Source: Lingula anatina (taxonomy: Eukaryota; Animalia; Brachiopoda). Taken from it: a DNA stretch of 64,000 nucleotides. Shown here in pieces: positions 1 through 11,628 of the stretch (its first letter is position 1; each line of letters begins with the position of its first letter). The stretch lies in NCBI GenBank assembly GCA_051362555.1, contig CM120644.1, positions 14,716,534 through 14,780,533 on the forward strand, written 5' to 3'. A program made the translations under genes and the position numbers. The notes under the pieces are model-generated. The model did no database searches and was not told where the DNA came from. It saw nothing but the letters and a program-made list of their open reading frames with translations.

Positions 1-1429
1 CTGTTATTTGTTGTCTGATTTTCATTTTAAACAACTGTTCCATTCTCATTGATCACGACCTGTGTAACAAGTGCTCAACACAGAGCGTAAATACGGTTAC
101 TAGGACGAAACATTGCAACACTGCCATTCCGATAGCTGATGAGCCGAAAATGTGGCTAATTTTTTAAAATGAAGGATAGAAGGATAACCGTAAACACAAA
201 TTTAGGACTAGCTGAGTAAAACTAAAGGCAGGCCTACTTTTCCGAAAAGGCAATTTGTAGACTCGCTGCTTTAGATGAGGCAAACACTCACGATGGTGGT
301 GTTTGTAACTGCTAAAACAATCACACACATTAAAGTTGCCCAATGAATGTGTGTCTTGATTGTGTTTTGTTGAAAAAAAACATTACTTCCATATGCATTT
401 TACTCAGTAATCTGTCTGATAATTCAAACGACAATTGGTACCAATAAAACTTTGTGCAAACTGCTCATTCTTGAGCAACTGGGCATCAGGCACTCACCAA
501 CCTGCACTGAACCAGTGTGGTGAGTTACAGGTCAACACCACTTTGACATCACGCCAAGCATGGAAAAGTGTGTGGTGGGGCGACTTAACGAAAAAACCTT
601 GTCACTTGATAAAATTACCATATTTGGCATGTGTTTCCCTTTTGAAATTCTAAATCAAATAAGAGCCACACCCATCTGGAAAAATTTACTGTTTAGTCAA
701 AAATTGCCCCCCCCCCCCCCCAACCCCCAAGTTGACACAATGAGAAATTAAATATTTGTCAAATTCAAACCAAATTCCCATTTACAGCGGGGTTTTTCCC
801 ACAGAGAAAGAGCGGTCCTCTCGATCTGCCCACAGCATTCGCCTACGTGTATGTACATGTATATGTGATAGGCAAGATTGAAATCAAGGCAGATTTTTAA
901 TTCGTGTAGACCACGATCACCTGTAGACTTAGATATAATGCGGTAGAGGAGATACTGCACGAGTTGTGGAAAATATTGCTGTTGTTGAGATGTGATTGTG
1001 GTAGTTGATACCTAATTGCGGTTGTTGAGACAACAAGGGTTCCTGTACTGGTTCTGACTGTACACTAGAAAGTTCAATACGTAACACATACATAAACCCT
1101 GCAATATACTCATTTGAAGGTTTGTTCCTCTACATTAATACTAGCCAAGTTAGGCGAATTTATGGATGTTACCTCTCAAATTCATCTTTAATATCAAAGT
1201 ATGATTACGTAGTCGACAATATAACATTAAACTGAAGACCCAGTACTGTATTTAATATACACGCTGCGTTAAATCTGTGTTATACACCCCTGCTACTAGG
1301 TCAGTTGTATCAGTGTCACAACTGAATTCAGTCAGATAACAGCTATGAAATAATGTGTCACCATGTCTGTATTGTCTGTATTGTACATAGAGATAACCCA
1401 AAAAATAGCTGATTAAGATGTACTTTCAG

Positions 1430-1550
1430 GTCCCCTTGAACACTGAACACCTCACCTGACCAGGTGTACATGTCAAGAGAGACAGCACATCTAATGGCGA
1501 CTGGGGGCGTGTACCTGCCACCAAGAGAAATATAACTGGAGGAAGTACAG
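1430..1550 (+). other. Candidate non-coding 5' UTR exon of the TRIM-NHL gene (copy at ~14438-14558)
   Basis: tactttcag acceptor ends at 1429 and CAG|gtaaag donor starts at 1551. A T-rich intron-like stretch follows, ending in the acceptor tattttggtcttag at 2150. Confidence 0.4.
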
Positions 1551-2155
1551 GTAAAGCCCATTCCTAATATATTGTAATACATTACATTAGGAATATAATT
1601 CCGATAATTGTATGATAATGTATAGGGGAATGGTGCTTGCTGCAGTTTGTGTCTCTGTAGGTTGGTATAAAAATAAGGCGTCGTTACCGAGTCCGGAGTG
1701 TAGTATTTACTCATCATAATACCTACCCTGTAATATTTTGGGTACCTACATTTTTTTTTAAATAATTTTTTTCATTTTCAGTTTTCATTCATTTCATAAT
1801 TCAATTGATAGATTATAATAATTCTAATTCTATATCTATTAGTTAAGTTTCATTTGTACTTCCGCCTTTCTTTTTTCTTTCTACTTTTTTTTTCCTTTGT
1901 ATATTTTTTCCTATAGTAACTTTTGTTACACAAGCATAATAAAGAGGCTGATTTGGTTCTCTATAAAAATTGAAGACGTTGCATGACTTTTCTTTCATGT
2001 GTCGGCACTTGTCTTACTTATTTTAACATGAACTTGCATACCTTACATTGCATGTACTTAAATATGGCTTTTTGATGTTTACCTCCATTACCAAATCTTC
2101 ATCTTTTATCTGATGTATTTCATTTCTTTATTTTCATATTTTGGTCTTAGGAGCC

Positions 2156-4054
2156 ATGTCTCTGTCCAAGATCCTTACGGAAGATTTCCTAACATGCAGC
2201 ATATGTCATCAAAAGTTCAAAGATCCCAAGGTCCTCAGCTGTGCCCATACGTTTTGCCAGCATTGCCTCCAGGGCCATTTGGACAGAAATTGTCAAGGTC
2301 AGCCTCGCTTCCCTTGTCCTATCTGTAGACGTCACTGTGTCCTCCCTGGAGGCGGTGTAAGTGCTTTACAAACAAATCATCTTCTGGTCAGCATATCACA
2401 CACATATGGTCAAGTAGAACAAGCCAAGGCTGCCAAGAAATGCAAGATATGTTGCATGAAAAATGTCTCCAACCCACCAACGGCAACAAAACGATGTTTG
2501 GACTGTGAGGAAAGCATGTGTGGAGATTGTTCTTCGGATCATGTGCTTCATAAGTTCAGTCGTGACCACAAGCTGTTTTCTGTCGACCAGTTGGATAGCG
2601 ACGAATACGTGACAGAGCTGCGTGCCCGGCAAAACGTCCTGTGTGACCACAACAACAAAGACCCCGTAGAAATCTTCTGCCCAGTGTGTAAAAAGTTCAT
2701 CTGTGTCGGTTGTATGGTTTTAGAACACCAGGGTCATGATTGCCTTAGAATCAACACTGCTGCCGACAAACGCAAGGAGAAACTAGAACTCAGGGTGAAG
2801 CCCATCGAGAAGAAAAGTCTACGGTACAATCACTTCAAAACTGCTGCTGAAGATCAGAAAATATCAGTAGAAGAGGGAAGAAAGAAGGCAAAGAGTCAAG
2901 TAAACAAGCAGTTGGAGCAAGTTGTTAAGATGGCCCGTCAACGTGCCAATGATCTTCTGGAAGAAATAGATGCCATGGCAAATGCCAAATTAGACATCTT
3001 AAATGGTTTAATTGCAACTGCTACCGCCGACCAAAACCAACTAGACGACGTAGTAGACTTCTCAAGGAAACTCATTAACCATGGCAACGATATAGATGTC
3101 CTCCAAATGGCCTCGACCTGTGAGCAAAGCAGCGAGAGCGTTCAGACTCTCGACATCCCGACCCTGCCTGCAGCCATGACCCAGCTACAGCTAATCACCA
3201 ACGACATGGAGGAGTGCGTTACCAATATCAACAGTTGTCTTGGAAACGTAGTTCCGGTCGTGAGTGGAAGACTGGTGACATCATTCAAAGTAGAACTGAC
3301 CAAGTCTCCTGAGGAGATGATCAGTCACGTGACCACTGATATAAACGGTGATTTTCTTTTTGGCATATTCTGTAATGAGGACAAGTCACGGAATAGAATC
3401 CTCATCTACGATTTGAACTTTGTCCTTCAGGGCACAATTTCAAACCCAAGAGCAGCAGAAAAGTACGGCTTTGCAGGGATTGCCATTGATGATGATGGCA
3501 ACATTGTCACTAGATGTCAGGGGTCAAATGAAATCATTATCTACTCCAAGAAAGGAGACCACGTGAGAACATTCCACAGTGAATCACCTCAGGCAGTAGC
3601 GGTCAATACCAAGGGTCACTATGTAGTGGCAGGTCTCAGTACTCTGACTGTGCACCACAAGGAGGGCGAGGTCCTGCAGACAACACCTGACCCAGGGGGA
3701 AAATATAGCAAACGCATCCACTGTAACCTCAATGATGACATCATCGTCAAAGGAGATGATCACATCCGTGTATTCGATTCCACTCTCCAGCTTAAATACA
3801 GATATGGTACCCAGGGTGATGGGGACGGGCAGGTGAACGGTCCGTGCGGCGCATGCTGCTTGGATAATGGAGACATCATTCTAACAGACCTCCACAACCA
3901 TCGTCTTCATCTGGTGTCACCAGATGGGAAATTCAAGCGATTTCTTTTAACCAAAGAAAATGGAATTGACAGTCCGAAAAATGTTGCAATAAGTCATCTC
4001 GGACAACTGGTCGTTGGAGAACAGAGAGGGAAGATAAAATTCTTCGAGTTATGA
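2156..4054 (+). CDS. TRIM-NHL E3 ubiquitin ligase (RING, B-box1, B-box2, coiled coil, NHL repeats; TRIM2/3-like, no obvious filamin domain), single coding exon, 632 aa
   Basis: C3HC4 RING (CSIC..CAHTFCQHC..CPIC), B-box1 (CKIC..CLDC..CGDC..H..H), B-box2 (CDH..CPVC..CVGC..H..H), coiled coil and NHL repeats (GTQGDGDGQVNGPCG, DIILTDLHNHRLHL). True ATG is at 2156 (GCCATG), 5 nt after a splice acceptor. Confidence 0.95.
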   Translation: MSLSKILTEDFLTCSICHQKFKDPKVLSCAHTFCQHCLQGHLDRNCQGQPRFPCPICRRHCVLPGGGVSALQTNHLLVSISHTYGQVEQAKAAKKCKICCMKNVSNPPTATKRCLDCEESMCGDCSSDHVLHKFSRDHKLFSVDQLDSDEYVTELRARQNVLCDHNNKDPVEIFCPVCKKFICVGCMVLEHQGHDCLRINTAADKRKEKLELRVKPIEKKSLRYNHFKTAAEDQKISVEEGRKKAKSQVNKQLEQVVKMARQRANDLLEEIDAMANAKLDILNGLIATATADQNQLDDVVDFSRKLINHGNDIDVLQMASTCEQSSESVQTLDIPTLPAAMTQLQLITNDMEECVTNINSCLGNVVPVVSGRLVTSFKVELTKSPEEMISHVTTDINGDFLFGIFCNEDKSRNRILIYDLNFVLQGTISNPRAAEKYGFAGIAIDDDGNIVTRCQGSNEIIIYSKKGDHVRTFHSESPQAVAVNTKGHYVVAGLSTLTVHHKEGEVLQTTPDPGGKYSKRIHCNLNDDIIVKGDDHIRVFDSTLQLKYRYGTQGDGDGQVNGPCGACCLDNGDIILTDLHNHRLHLVSPDGKFKRFLLTKENGIDSPKNVAISHLGQLVVGEQRGKIKFFEL

Positions 4055-5041
4055 TTGACTGTTAAACTTACAATGGCCTCCAAATATGTGTTTGTGGATA
4101 CAGACAATTGATTATTTGATAACATATAAAATGGCCATGTAAACACCTTGTACCTCTTACGTCACTTGCGTTTTGTTTCAATAAAGAACTTTCAGCAAAC
4201 TTGTTGTATATAAAGACGAGAATTGTTTGCTGTGACTTAGCGTCATGGAATTTTAAGTATTTATGTATCACGTGTATTTTAGTTTGCAAATATTAACTAT
4301 TTTAAATATGCTCTTTCAAGCAAATTCTGTGATTCTTAGAAAGAACACTGAGGAGTATATTTTGCATGTGTGTATATTATTGGGAGTACAGGATGAATAG
4401 TGTTAATCGGGTCTCGAATATGGTTAGTTGTGAAGTACGGACCGTAAATTTAAATTATTGCAAACACCAACCGACAAACATCAATTCTAATCTGGATTTT
4501 ATTTAATATTCATTAATTGCCCGGCGCAGCTTTGAAACAGTTCCGTCTGTTTTCCCGTTTAAAAAGATTGTTTTCCAATCAAAATGACAAAATGTATTTT
4601 AATATTATATTATTAATAATAAATTGTGATCGAAACACATACCTGCGAGGACGGTCAATCTTTTATTTTGAATTATATGTGTTATTCATTGAAGAATGTT
4701 ATTTACTTTGGTATGTTTTGTTTCATTAAACTCTCTGTAATTTTTTTGCATCGGGTTGTGACCCTACCATCATGGTGCTCACGAAAATTTTGTAACCCTC
4801 AAAGTTAAGTCTCGGCCGTACTCTGCATAACGTCTGGAATATTTTACTGCAATGTGTTTTTGTTTCTTATGTTTTTGAAGTGTCTGACCCCGGTACGTGC
4901 GCTGCAGTGCAAATGCGGCGAGTGGAAAACAAGTTTAATTACATTTACTACCTTCAGTGATTATAGATTCACAAGCCATTCTGTAGGGAAAATCCAAGTA
5001 CACAAATGTTGACTTTATTTTCCTTGCAACCGCGGAATAAC

Positions 5042-6163
5042 TTACATGTGCCCCCAAGGTTCACGCAACACTAGTTCGTGACTGCAGTTTTGAACTATCT
5101 GTTTTTCCAAATCATCCAAAACACTCCAAAATTTAAAGTCAGGTGCCTTGTGAATAGCCAACGGCATTGAGAGAAGACAAGAATCCTTCTTTAATTCTGT
5201 AGGTACTGTCAACCAAAAGTTTGGATTGTGGACAAGCTCGATGTCGTTTTCGTGCGCCAGCGTGGCCAGGTACACATCTTCAATGAAGAGATGTTTCCAA
5301 AACGAGGCTGAATGGAGGACTCTGATGACTTGGAATGAGGCTACTGTAGCAAACCCTGACAGGAAAGCCGGATATTTATTTCCACTGTACTGCCTAAATG
5401 ACTGGTAATATTTTTGTGTTAGAATTCGAAAAGGAGAACTCCCCTTCGGGTACAAATAGCCTGTGAATAACGTTTCCGTCTTGAATTTTGGAAGATCCTT
5501 CAAGTATCTAATAATCTCCCGGTAATTTGCGATAACATCGTGCCCGCACCTTAAGACAAATTTTACACCTGCGCAGTAATCAATGGCCCATCGCATGGCC
5601 AATAGTGTCTTTAGAGTGAAATTCTTGTAGGTGTCGTTAAATGTCATTTTGATGATATCTCTGTGTACAGAATTTTCTGCTAATATCCTACGTTCCACGT
5701 CTGAATCATTTGTTTGGCCGACGACAAATACAGTTTTTATTTTCTCTCCAAGAACGTCTTTAACGCTCCCACACGTCTTTCGATACATGCCCCTGGTGAC
5801 AAAATCACGTGGATCGGATATAACTAACACTAGGAGAAACACGTCGTCTGTATTCCTGCAGGGGCTGTTTATAATGTACCTGTATCTTTTAATATGGTAC
5901 CACAGGTCAGAATCATTTTTCTTTAGTTCACATACAATCTCTGGCACCATGCAATCCCCAAGACTAATCTGCTCAGTGTCCTCTTTAACTAATTCTCCTG
6001 CAGGCCTCCTGGTGAGATGTTCAGAAGGTTCCATCTGTCTGTTTCCACCTTCATCTTTGTTTTGGATGGAGATATCGCCAGTCCTGGTGCAGTTCCAAAG
6101 AAAACATATCGCCAGAATATTGATAACCACTAATAATAAGAAGATACCCGATCTGGTCTTCAT
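5042..6163 (-). CDS. GT31 beta-1,3-galactosyltransferase-like type II membrane protein, paralog A (373 aa)
   Basis: N-terminal TM (GIFLLLVVINILAICFLW) and GT31 motifs FLLVLVIS, VFVVG, E..HRDII..F.DTYKNFTLKT, YP.FLSG, IEDVY. Start set at MKT because an acceptor-like TGTGCAG lies 18 nt upstream in all paralogs. Confidence 0.9.
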   Translation of the reverse strand: MKTRSGIFLLLVVINILAICFLWNCTRTGDISIQNKDEGGNRQMEPSEHLTRRPAGELVKEDTEQISLGDCMVPEIVCELKKNDSDLWYHIKRYRYIINSPCRNTDDVFLLVLVISDPRDFVTRGMYRKTCGSVKDVLGEKIKTVFVVGQTNDSDVERRILAENSVHRDIIKMTFNDTYKNFTLKTLLAMRWAIDYCAGVKFVLRCGHDVIANYREIIRYLKDLPKFKTETLFTGYLYPKGSSPFRILTQKYYQSFRQYSGNKYPAFLSGFATVASFQVIRVLHSASFWKHLFIEDVYLATLAHENDIELVHNPNFWLTVPTELKKDSCLLSMPLAIHKAPDFKFWSVLDDLEKQIVQNCSHELVLREPWGHM

Positions 6164-7468
6164 TCCACTGTTTGTTTTGCCCTGCACAACGCTAGAGAGC
6201 ATATATGACACCGTTTGTCACTATATCTCATCAGCTATTCTGTTATATACTACAGTTTACATGTACAAGTATGTTATTTCAGTTTTCTAGTCCCTTATAT
6301 TATAATGGGGAGCACTGTCCGATATTCAAACACTCACAATTTCGAGTGCTGATGTTCATTGTTGGATGATTTACAACATGGTGTTCGCGCTATCTTTTAT
6401 TCCTTATGTGGGTAATTATCGAAGCAAAGACGACACTATTAAATATTAATAAACAGGTGTATTCATGTTAAGATAAGGATCTCAACGAGAAGGAGTAATA
6501 CATGTAAAACATTTCTGTGCTCAATAAATTATTATTATAAATGCAATGCAAGGTTCAGCGTATGATAGAAGTACTAGTATAAACAAAACAATATGATAAC
6601 ACAACATCTCTCAACATTTTTCTTTGGTTAAAAAAACTTTTTTTCGTGAAAAGATGTAATAATAATAACTTAGATTACCAGTTTGCCAACATCTTGTAGA
6701 TCTTACGTCATGGAGGTTTTCATTTAATTCTCGGCACAGATGGTTTATAAGGACGAGAAAAGTTAACCGTTCCTTAACAGTTATATCACAGAATATGAAC
6801 TATTTATCATTTATGTATAACGTGTATTTTATTCTGCAAACATTAATCGTTGTCTGCTTATAGAATCTTTCAAGCAAAAAGATCACAGTGACTACAGAGG
6901 ATGAAATGTGTTATAAGGGGTCTCGAATGAGATATGGTTAGTTGTGAACTACGAAACTTAAATTTAAAATACTGCAAACGCCCCCGACAAACATCCGAAA
7001 CTGGACTTTATTTAATATTCAATAAACCCCCTATGCAGTTTCGTAAAATCATCGTCTGCTGTCCCGTGTAAAAAGATTGTAGTCCCAGCAAAATGACAAA
7101 ATGTATTTTAATATTATATTATTAAAAATAAAATGTGTTCAGAGCACAAATCGGTGAAGTTATTGAGTCGTGTGTTTTAAAGTATGCGACAGGAAAAAAG
7201 TGTCATGTACTTGAGTAATGTTTTGCTTCACTAAACTGTCCGTAAATCGATTGGTTTTTGCATCGGACTGCGACCCTTCCACCGCAGTGCACACGAATAT
7301 TTATTAACTCTCACAATAAGGTGTCCGCCGCTTGATGTCAGCAGTGTTTTATTGTAATGTGTTTCGATGTTTTTAAAGTGTCCGACCCCGGAATGTGCGC
7401 TGCAGTCCGAATGCGGCGAGTGAGAAAAAAATAGTTGAATTACATTTGCCACCTGCGGTGATTATAGA

Positions 7469-7681
7469 TTCAGACGTGACCACAGGCTGTTTCCTGTCGG
7501 CCAGTTTGACAGGGACGAATACGTGCCAGAGCTGCGTGCCCGTCCAAACGTCCTGTGTGACCACAACAACAAGGACCACGTAGAAAATGGACTTGGTGGT
7601 CCGAAAGATGTAGCAATAAAGCGCATCGGACAACTGGTCGATGGAGAAAATAAAAGCGAAATTAAATACTTCGAATTATGA
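7469..7681 (+). pseudogene. Internally deleted TRIM-NHL remnant (B-box linker fused to the last ~32 codons), followed by a homolog of the TRIM 3' flank
   Basis: 7469-7585 aligns to ~2555-2672 and 7585-7681 aligns to ~3958-4054 (ending ttcgaattatga). The junction lies at AGAAA microhomology. Confidence 0.9.
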
Positions 7682-7987
7682 GTGACTGTTAAGCTAACGA
7701 TGGCCTCCATATATGTGTTTGTGACAATTGATTATTTGATAACATATAAAATGGCCATGTAAACACCTTGTAGCTCTTACGTCACTTGGATCATGGGCAT
7801 TTTTTTTCAATAAAGGACGCTAAGCAAACTGGTCGTATATAAAAAAGAGAATTAGTTGCAGTTATATCACAGAATTTGAGGTAATTATGTATCACGGGCA
7901 TTTTAGTTTGCAAATATTAACCATTGTAAATATGCTCTTTCAAGCACATTCTGTGATTCTTAGAAATGAAAACTGAGGAGGAATATA

Positions 7988-8918
7988 CAACATTGGTCAA
8001 GAAGGTTGTCCCACCCCCATTTCCATTTACTTTCATTTACAAACGATCACCTCACAGCTATAAATTGTTAAAAATGGTGCTTTTTATTACAGATACCGTG
8101 TATAAAATTATTAATGGTTAAAAAATACAAAATAGTGGTTAAAATATACATATTTTATACCATTTAGTAAAATTTATAAGAGGTACCCCCTCATATCCAC
8201 TGTTTCACTGTGACTTCTACATATGTAAAAAAAAATGACTATTAAATTGCAAAGACGCCATCAAATGTCACCAAATTCACACACAATTAGCATTAGGGTG
8301 TGCTCGTTAAAGGCCACGTGCCTAACAGCGTGTGCGTCTACCGCGTACTGCAATTATCTCCTGTAGAGGCGCGACAAGCCTTCAACACGTGTAACAATTC
8401 TGTTTTGTGGGATATTGTCCCATTCTTCTTTTACAAGTTGGGGGCGTTGGTCCACGTTTTATGGGGTTGGTTCTCCTTTGCATTGCACACTCCAAGTCAT
8501 GTCACAATTGATTAGTAAGTTTAATATCAGGGCTCCAAGATGGTGGTTCTATCCTTAGAGCAATTTGTTTCTTTAACAAACACTTGCCAGGCGAGAGGTG
8601 TGTGCGCAAGTTTGTAGTCATGATGAAGCCTGGAGTTAACCGCAGGGTCAGTTCTTGAAGTTGGAATGAGATATCAGCTGAGAATGCTACGTTCAGTGAT
8701 CCCAGAGGCACCTGAACCTGTCCATCCATCACTGGAAGGAAGTCGGTTTTGATGCAGAATCAAATTATTTCTTGTATCTCATCGATGGTCAAATGAGGGA
8801 CCACAAACATGTTAAAAATACCTTTTGGAAGGGTGTGTGTAGGATAATGTCGCCTGAGGTGTTAGATCAGTCCGCATTTGGAGAACATTCCAAGCCCATG
8901 GTATTGGTACATTGTGCC
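7988..8918 (-). mobile_element. Degenerate, 5'-truncated Tc1/mariner transposon
   Basis: Minus-strand fragments SDDGQVQV, HHDYKLAH, PSWSPDIK, EEWDNIPQ..I and EIIAVRGRRTRC* match Tc1 transposase motifs (DGRxRV, QxDNAxxH, WPxxSPDLN, EEW..IP, AVIxARGGxTRY). TA|CAACATTGGTCAAGAAG terminus; empty site in the paralog at ~4355. Confidence 0.8.
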
Positions 8919-9334
8919 TTTTATTTATGCATATGTGTATGTTACTGGGAGTGCAGGATGAATAGTGTTAATTGGGTCTCGAATATGGTTAGTTGTAAAC
9001 TACGGACCGTAAATTTAAATTATTGCAAACGCAAACCGAAAAACATCAATTCTAATCTGGATTTTATTTGATATTCATTAATTGCCCGACGCAGCTTCGA
9101 AACAGTTCCGCCTGCTTTCCCGTTTAAAAAGATTGTTTTCCAATCAAAATGACAAAATGTTTTTTAGTATTATATTACTAATAATAAATTGTGATCGACA
9201 TACATACCTGTGAAGGCGGGATATTTTTTATTTTGAATTATACATGTTATTTATTGAAGAATGTTATTTACTTTGGTATGCTTTGTTTCACTAAACTCTC
9301 TGTGAAAGTTTGCATCGGGCTGTGACCCTACCAC

Positions 9335-9580
9335 CTATATGATTTTAAAACCGGGTGCATAAATTTGAAAACCACCTAGAACAACCTGAGACTGTACCCT
9401 TACTTTAGAGTACTCTATTTTATTGTCTCTATGGGGGTATATGGGCACTTTACGACATTCCGTTTGAATGTTTTAACACCTTTTGATAGGGCTTTATAGC
9501 ATTGTATTAGATTAATGTGGCAGTCTAAGGTTGTTCTAGGTGGTTTTCAAATTTATGCACCCGGTTTTAAAATCATATAG
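9335..9580. mobile_element. MITE/foldback element with ~60-bp near-perfect TIRs
   Basis: ctatatgattttaaaaccgggtgcataaatttgaaaaccacctagaacaacc ... ggttgttctaggtggttttcaaatttatgcacccggttttaaaatcatatag; absent from paralogous sites at ~4770 and ~7283. TSD unclear. Confidence 0.85.
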
Positions 9581-9655
9581 CGATTTTACAACAATCGTTT
9601 ACTATCCAATCTAGGTGACAGCCGAGCGTGGGCTCATCCTGTCGGTGTTCTGACT

Positions 9656-9764
9656 GATACTCCGAAATGCGATCTGACACACACCTTGAAAACGGGTAGT
9701 GTGGTCCGATATACCGGTTAATTCAGGATCCTTAGGTGCCGAGTCTGGTAGTTGGGTAGGTCTG
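9656..9764. mobile_element. Single arm of the MITE family seen complete at 40826-41078 (copy at ~22651-22759)
   Basis: gatactccgaaatgcgatctgacacacaccttgaaaacgggtagtgtggtccgatata... matches 40984-41078. Confidence 0.8.
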
Positions 9765-9809
9765 GTAATGTTGACTTTATTTTTCCTTGTAACGGTGACA
9801 TGTAACTTA

Positions 9810-10024
9810 CACCCCATTCTCATAGATTAGATCGACCTACATTGGATCGACCTAACTCCCTGGGGGTTCACGCTAAATAGCTGTCAGCCGGGCGGACACG
9901 AAAGTTAATTACCCCTTAAAGCTTGTAGTAGGCGGGGACGGACAATTAAGGGGGATTATCTGACAGTAATCTAGTGAGACTCCCCGCGGTGATAGATCGA
10001 TCTAAAAGTTGTGAGAACAGAGCC
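9810..10024. mobile_element. PIF/Harbinger-type MITE (TTA TSD), present only in unit 1
   Basis: TTA at 9807-9809 and 10025-10027; empty site taacTTAcatatg at ~22798-22810; close homolog at 46792-47006. Confidence 0.92.
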
Positions 10025-11147
10025 TTACATATGCCCCCTAAGTCCACGCATCTGTTGTTTTTGAGTGCAGTTTACAACTCTCTGTTTTTCCAAATGATAC
10101 AAAACACTCCAAAATTTAAAGTCAGGTGCCTTGTGAATGGCCAACGGCATTGCGAGAAGACAATGATCCTTCCTTACTTCTAGAGGTACTGTCATCCAAA
10201 AGTTTGGATTGTGGACAAGCTCGATTCCGTTTTCGTGCGCCAGTGTGGCTAGGTACACATCTTCAATGAAGAGATGTTTCCAAAACGAAGCTGAATGGAG
10301 GATTCTGATGACTTGGAATGAGGCTACTGTAGCAAACCCTGACAGGAAAGCCGGATATTTATTTCCACTGTACTGTCTAAACGACTGGTAATATTTTTGT
10401 GTTGGATTTCGAAAAGGCGGTTTCCCTTTCTGGTATAAAAAAACCCGTAAATAACGTTTCCGTCTTGAATTTTGGTAGATCTTTCAAGTACCTGATAATC
10501 TCGCGGTAATTTGCAACAACATCGTGTCCGCACCTTAAGACAAATTTTGCACCTGCGCAGTAATCAATGGCCCATCGCATGGCCAGTAGTGTCTTTAGAG
10601 TGAAATTCTTGTAGCTGTCGTTAAATGTCATTTTGATGATATCTTTGTGTTCAGAGTTTTCGTCTAATATCCTACGTTCCACGTCTGAATCATTTGTTTG
10701 GCCGACGACAAATACAGTTTTTATTTTCTCTCCAAGAACGTCTTTAACGCTCCCACACGTCTTTCGATACATGCCCCTGGTGACAAAATCACGAGGATCG
10801 GACATTACTAACACTAGTAGGTACACGTCGTCTGTATCCCTGCATGAGTTGTTTATTATGCACCTGTATCTTTTAATATGGTACCACAGGTCAGAATCAT
10901 TTTTCTTTAGTTCACATACAATCTCTGGCACCATGCAATCCCCAAGACTAATCTGTTGAGTGTCCTCTTTAACTAATTCTCCTGCATGCCTCCTGGTGAG
11001 ATTTTCCGAAGGTTCCATCTGTCTGTTTGCACCTTCATCTTTGTTTTGGACGGAGATATCGCCAGTCCTGGTGCTGTTCCAAAGAAAATATATCGCCAGA
11101 ATATTGATAACCACTAATAATAAGGAGATACCCGATCTGGTCTTCAT
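10025..11147 (-). pseudogene. GT31 paralog B, frameshifted by +1 A in a homopolymer
   Basis: A7 at 10437-10443 vs A6 at 23214-23219 in the intact copy; the ORF track shows the gene split. Could be a sequencing error. Confidence 0.8.
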
Positions 11148-11628
11148 TCCGATGTTTGTTTTGTCTTGCACAGCGCTAGAGAGCATATAGTTTACCGTTT
11201 GTCACTATATCTTATCAGCTATTCCGTTGTATACTACAGTGTACATGTACAAGTATGTTATCTCAGTTTTTTTAAATCCCTATTATTATGATGGGGAGTA
11301 CTGTCCCATATTCAAACACTTTCAATTTCGAGTGCTGGTGTTTATTGTTGGATGATTTACAACATGGTGTTCGGGCTATCTTTTATTCCTTTTGTGGGTA
11401 ATTATCGAAGCAAAGACAACACTATTATATATTTATAAACAGGTGTTTAAGAGATAAGGTTCTCAACGAGAAGGCGTAATAAATGTAAAACATTTCTGTG
11501 CTCAATAAATCATTATTCTAAATGCAATTCAAGGTACAGCGTATGATAGAAGTACTAGTATAAACAAAACAACATGATAACACAACATCTCTCAACATTT
11601 TTCGTTGGTTAAAAAAAAAAAACAGCAA

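Noticed and set aside
2141-2155. ORF-track N-terminal extensions of TRIM (MVLGA) and GT31 (MSYMLSS.., MRYSDK..)
   Set aside because: They run through splice-acceptor sequence, use non-ATG starts or differ among paralogs; the downstream ATGs are more credible.
5631-6290. 219-aa + strand ORF (and equivalents at 18636, 10633, 23409, 27754)
   Set aside because: Antisense shadow of the GT31 CDS; broken in other paralogs; no domain features.
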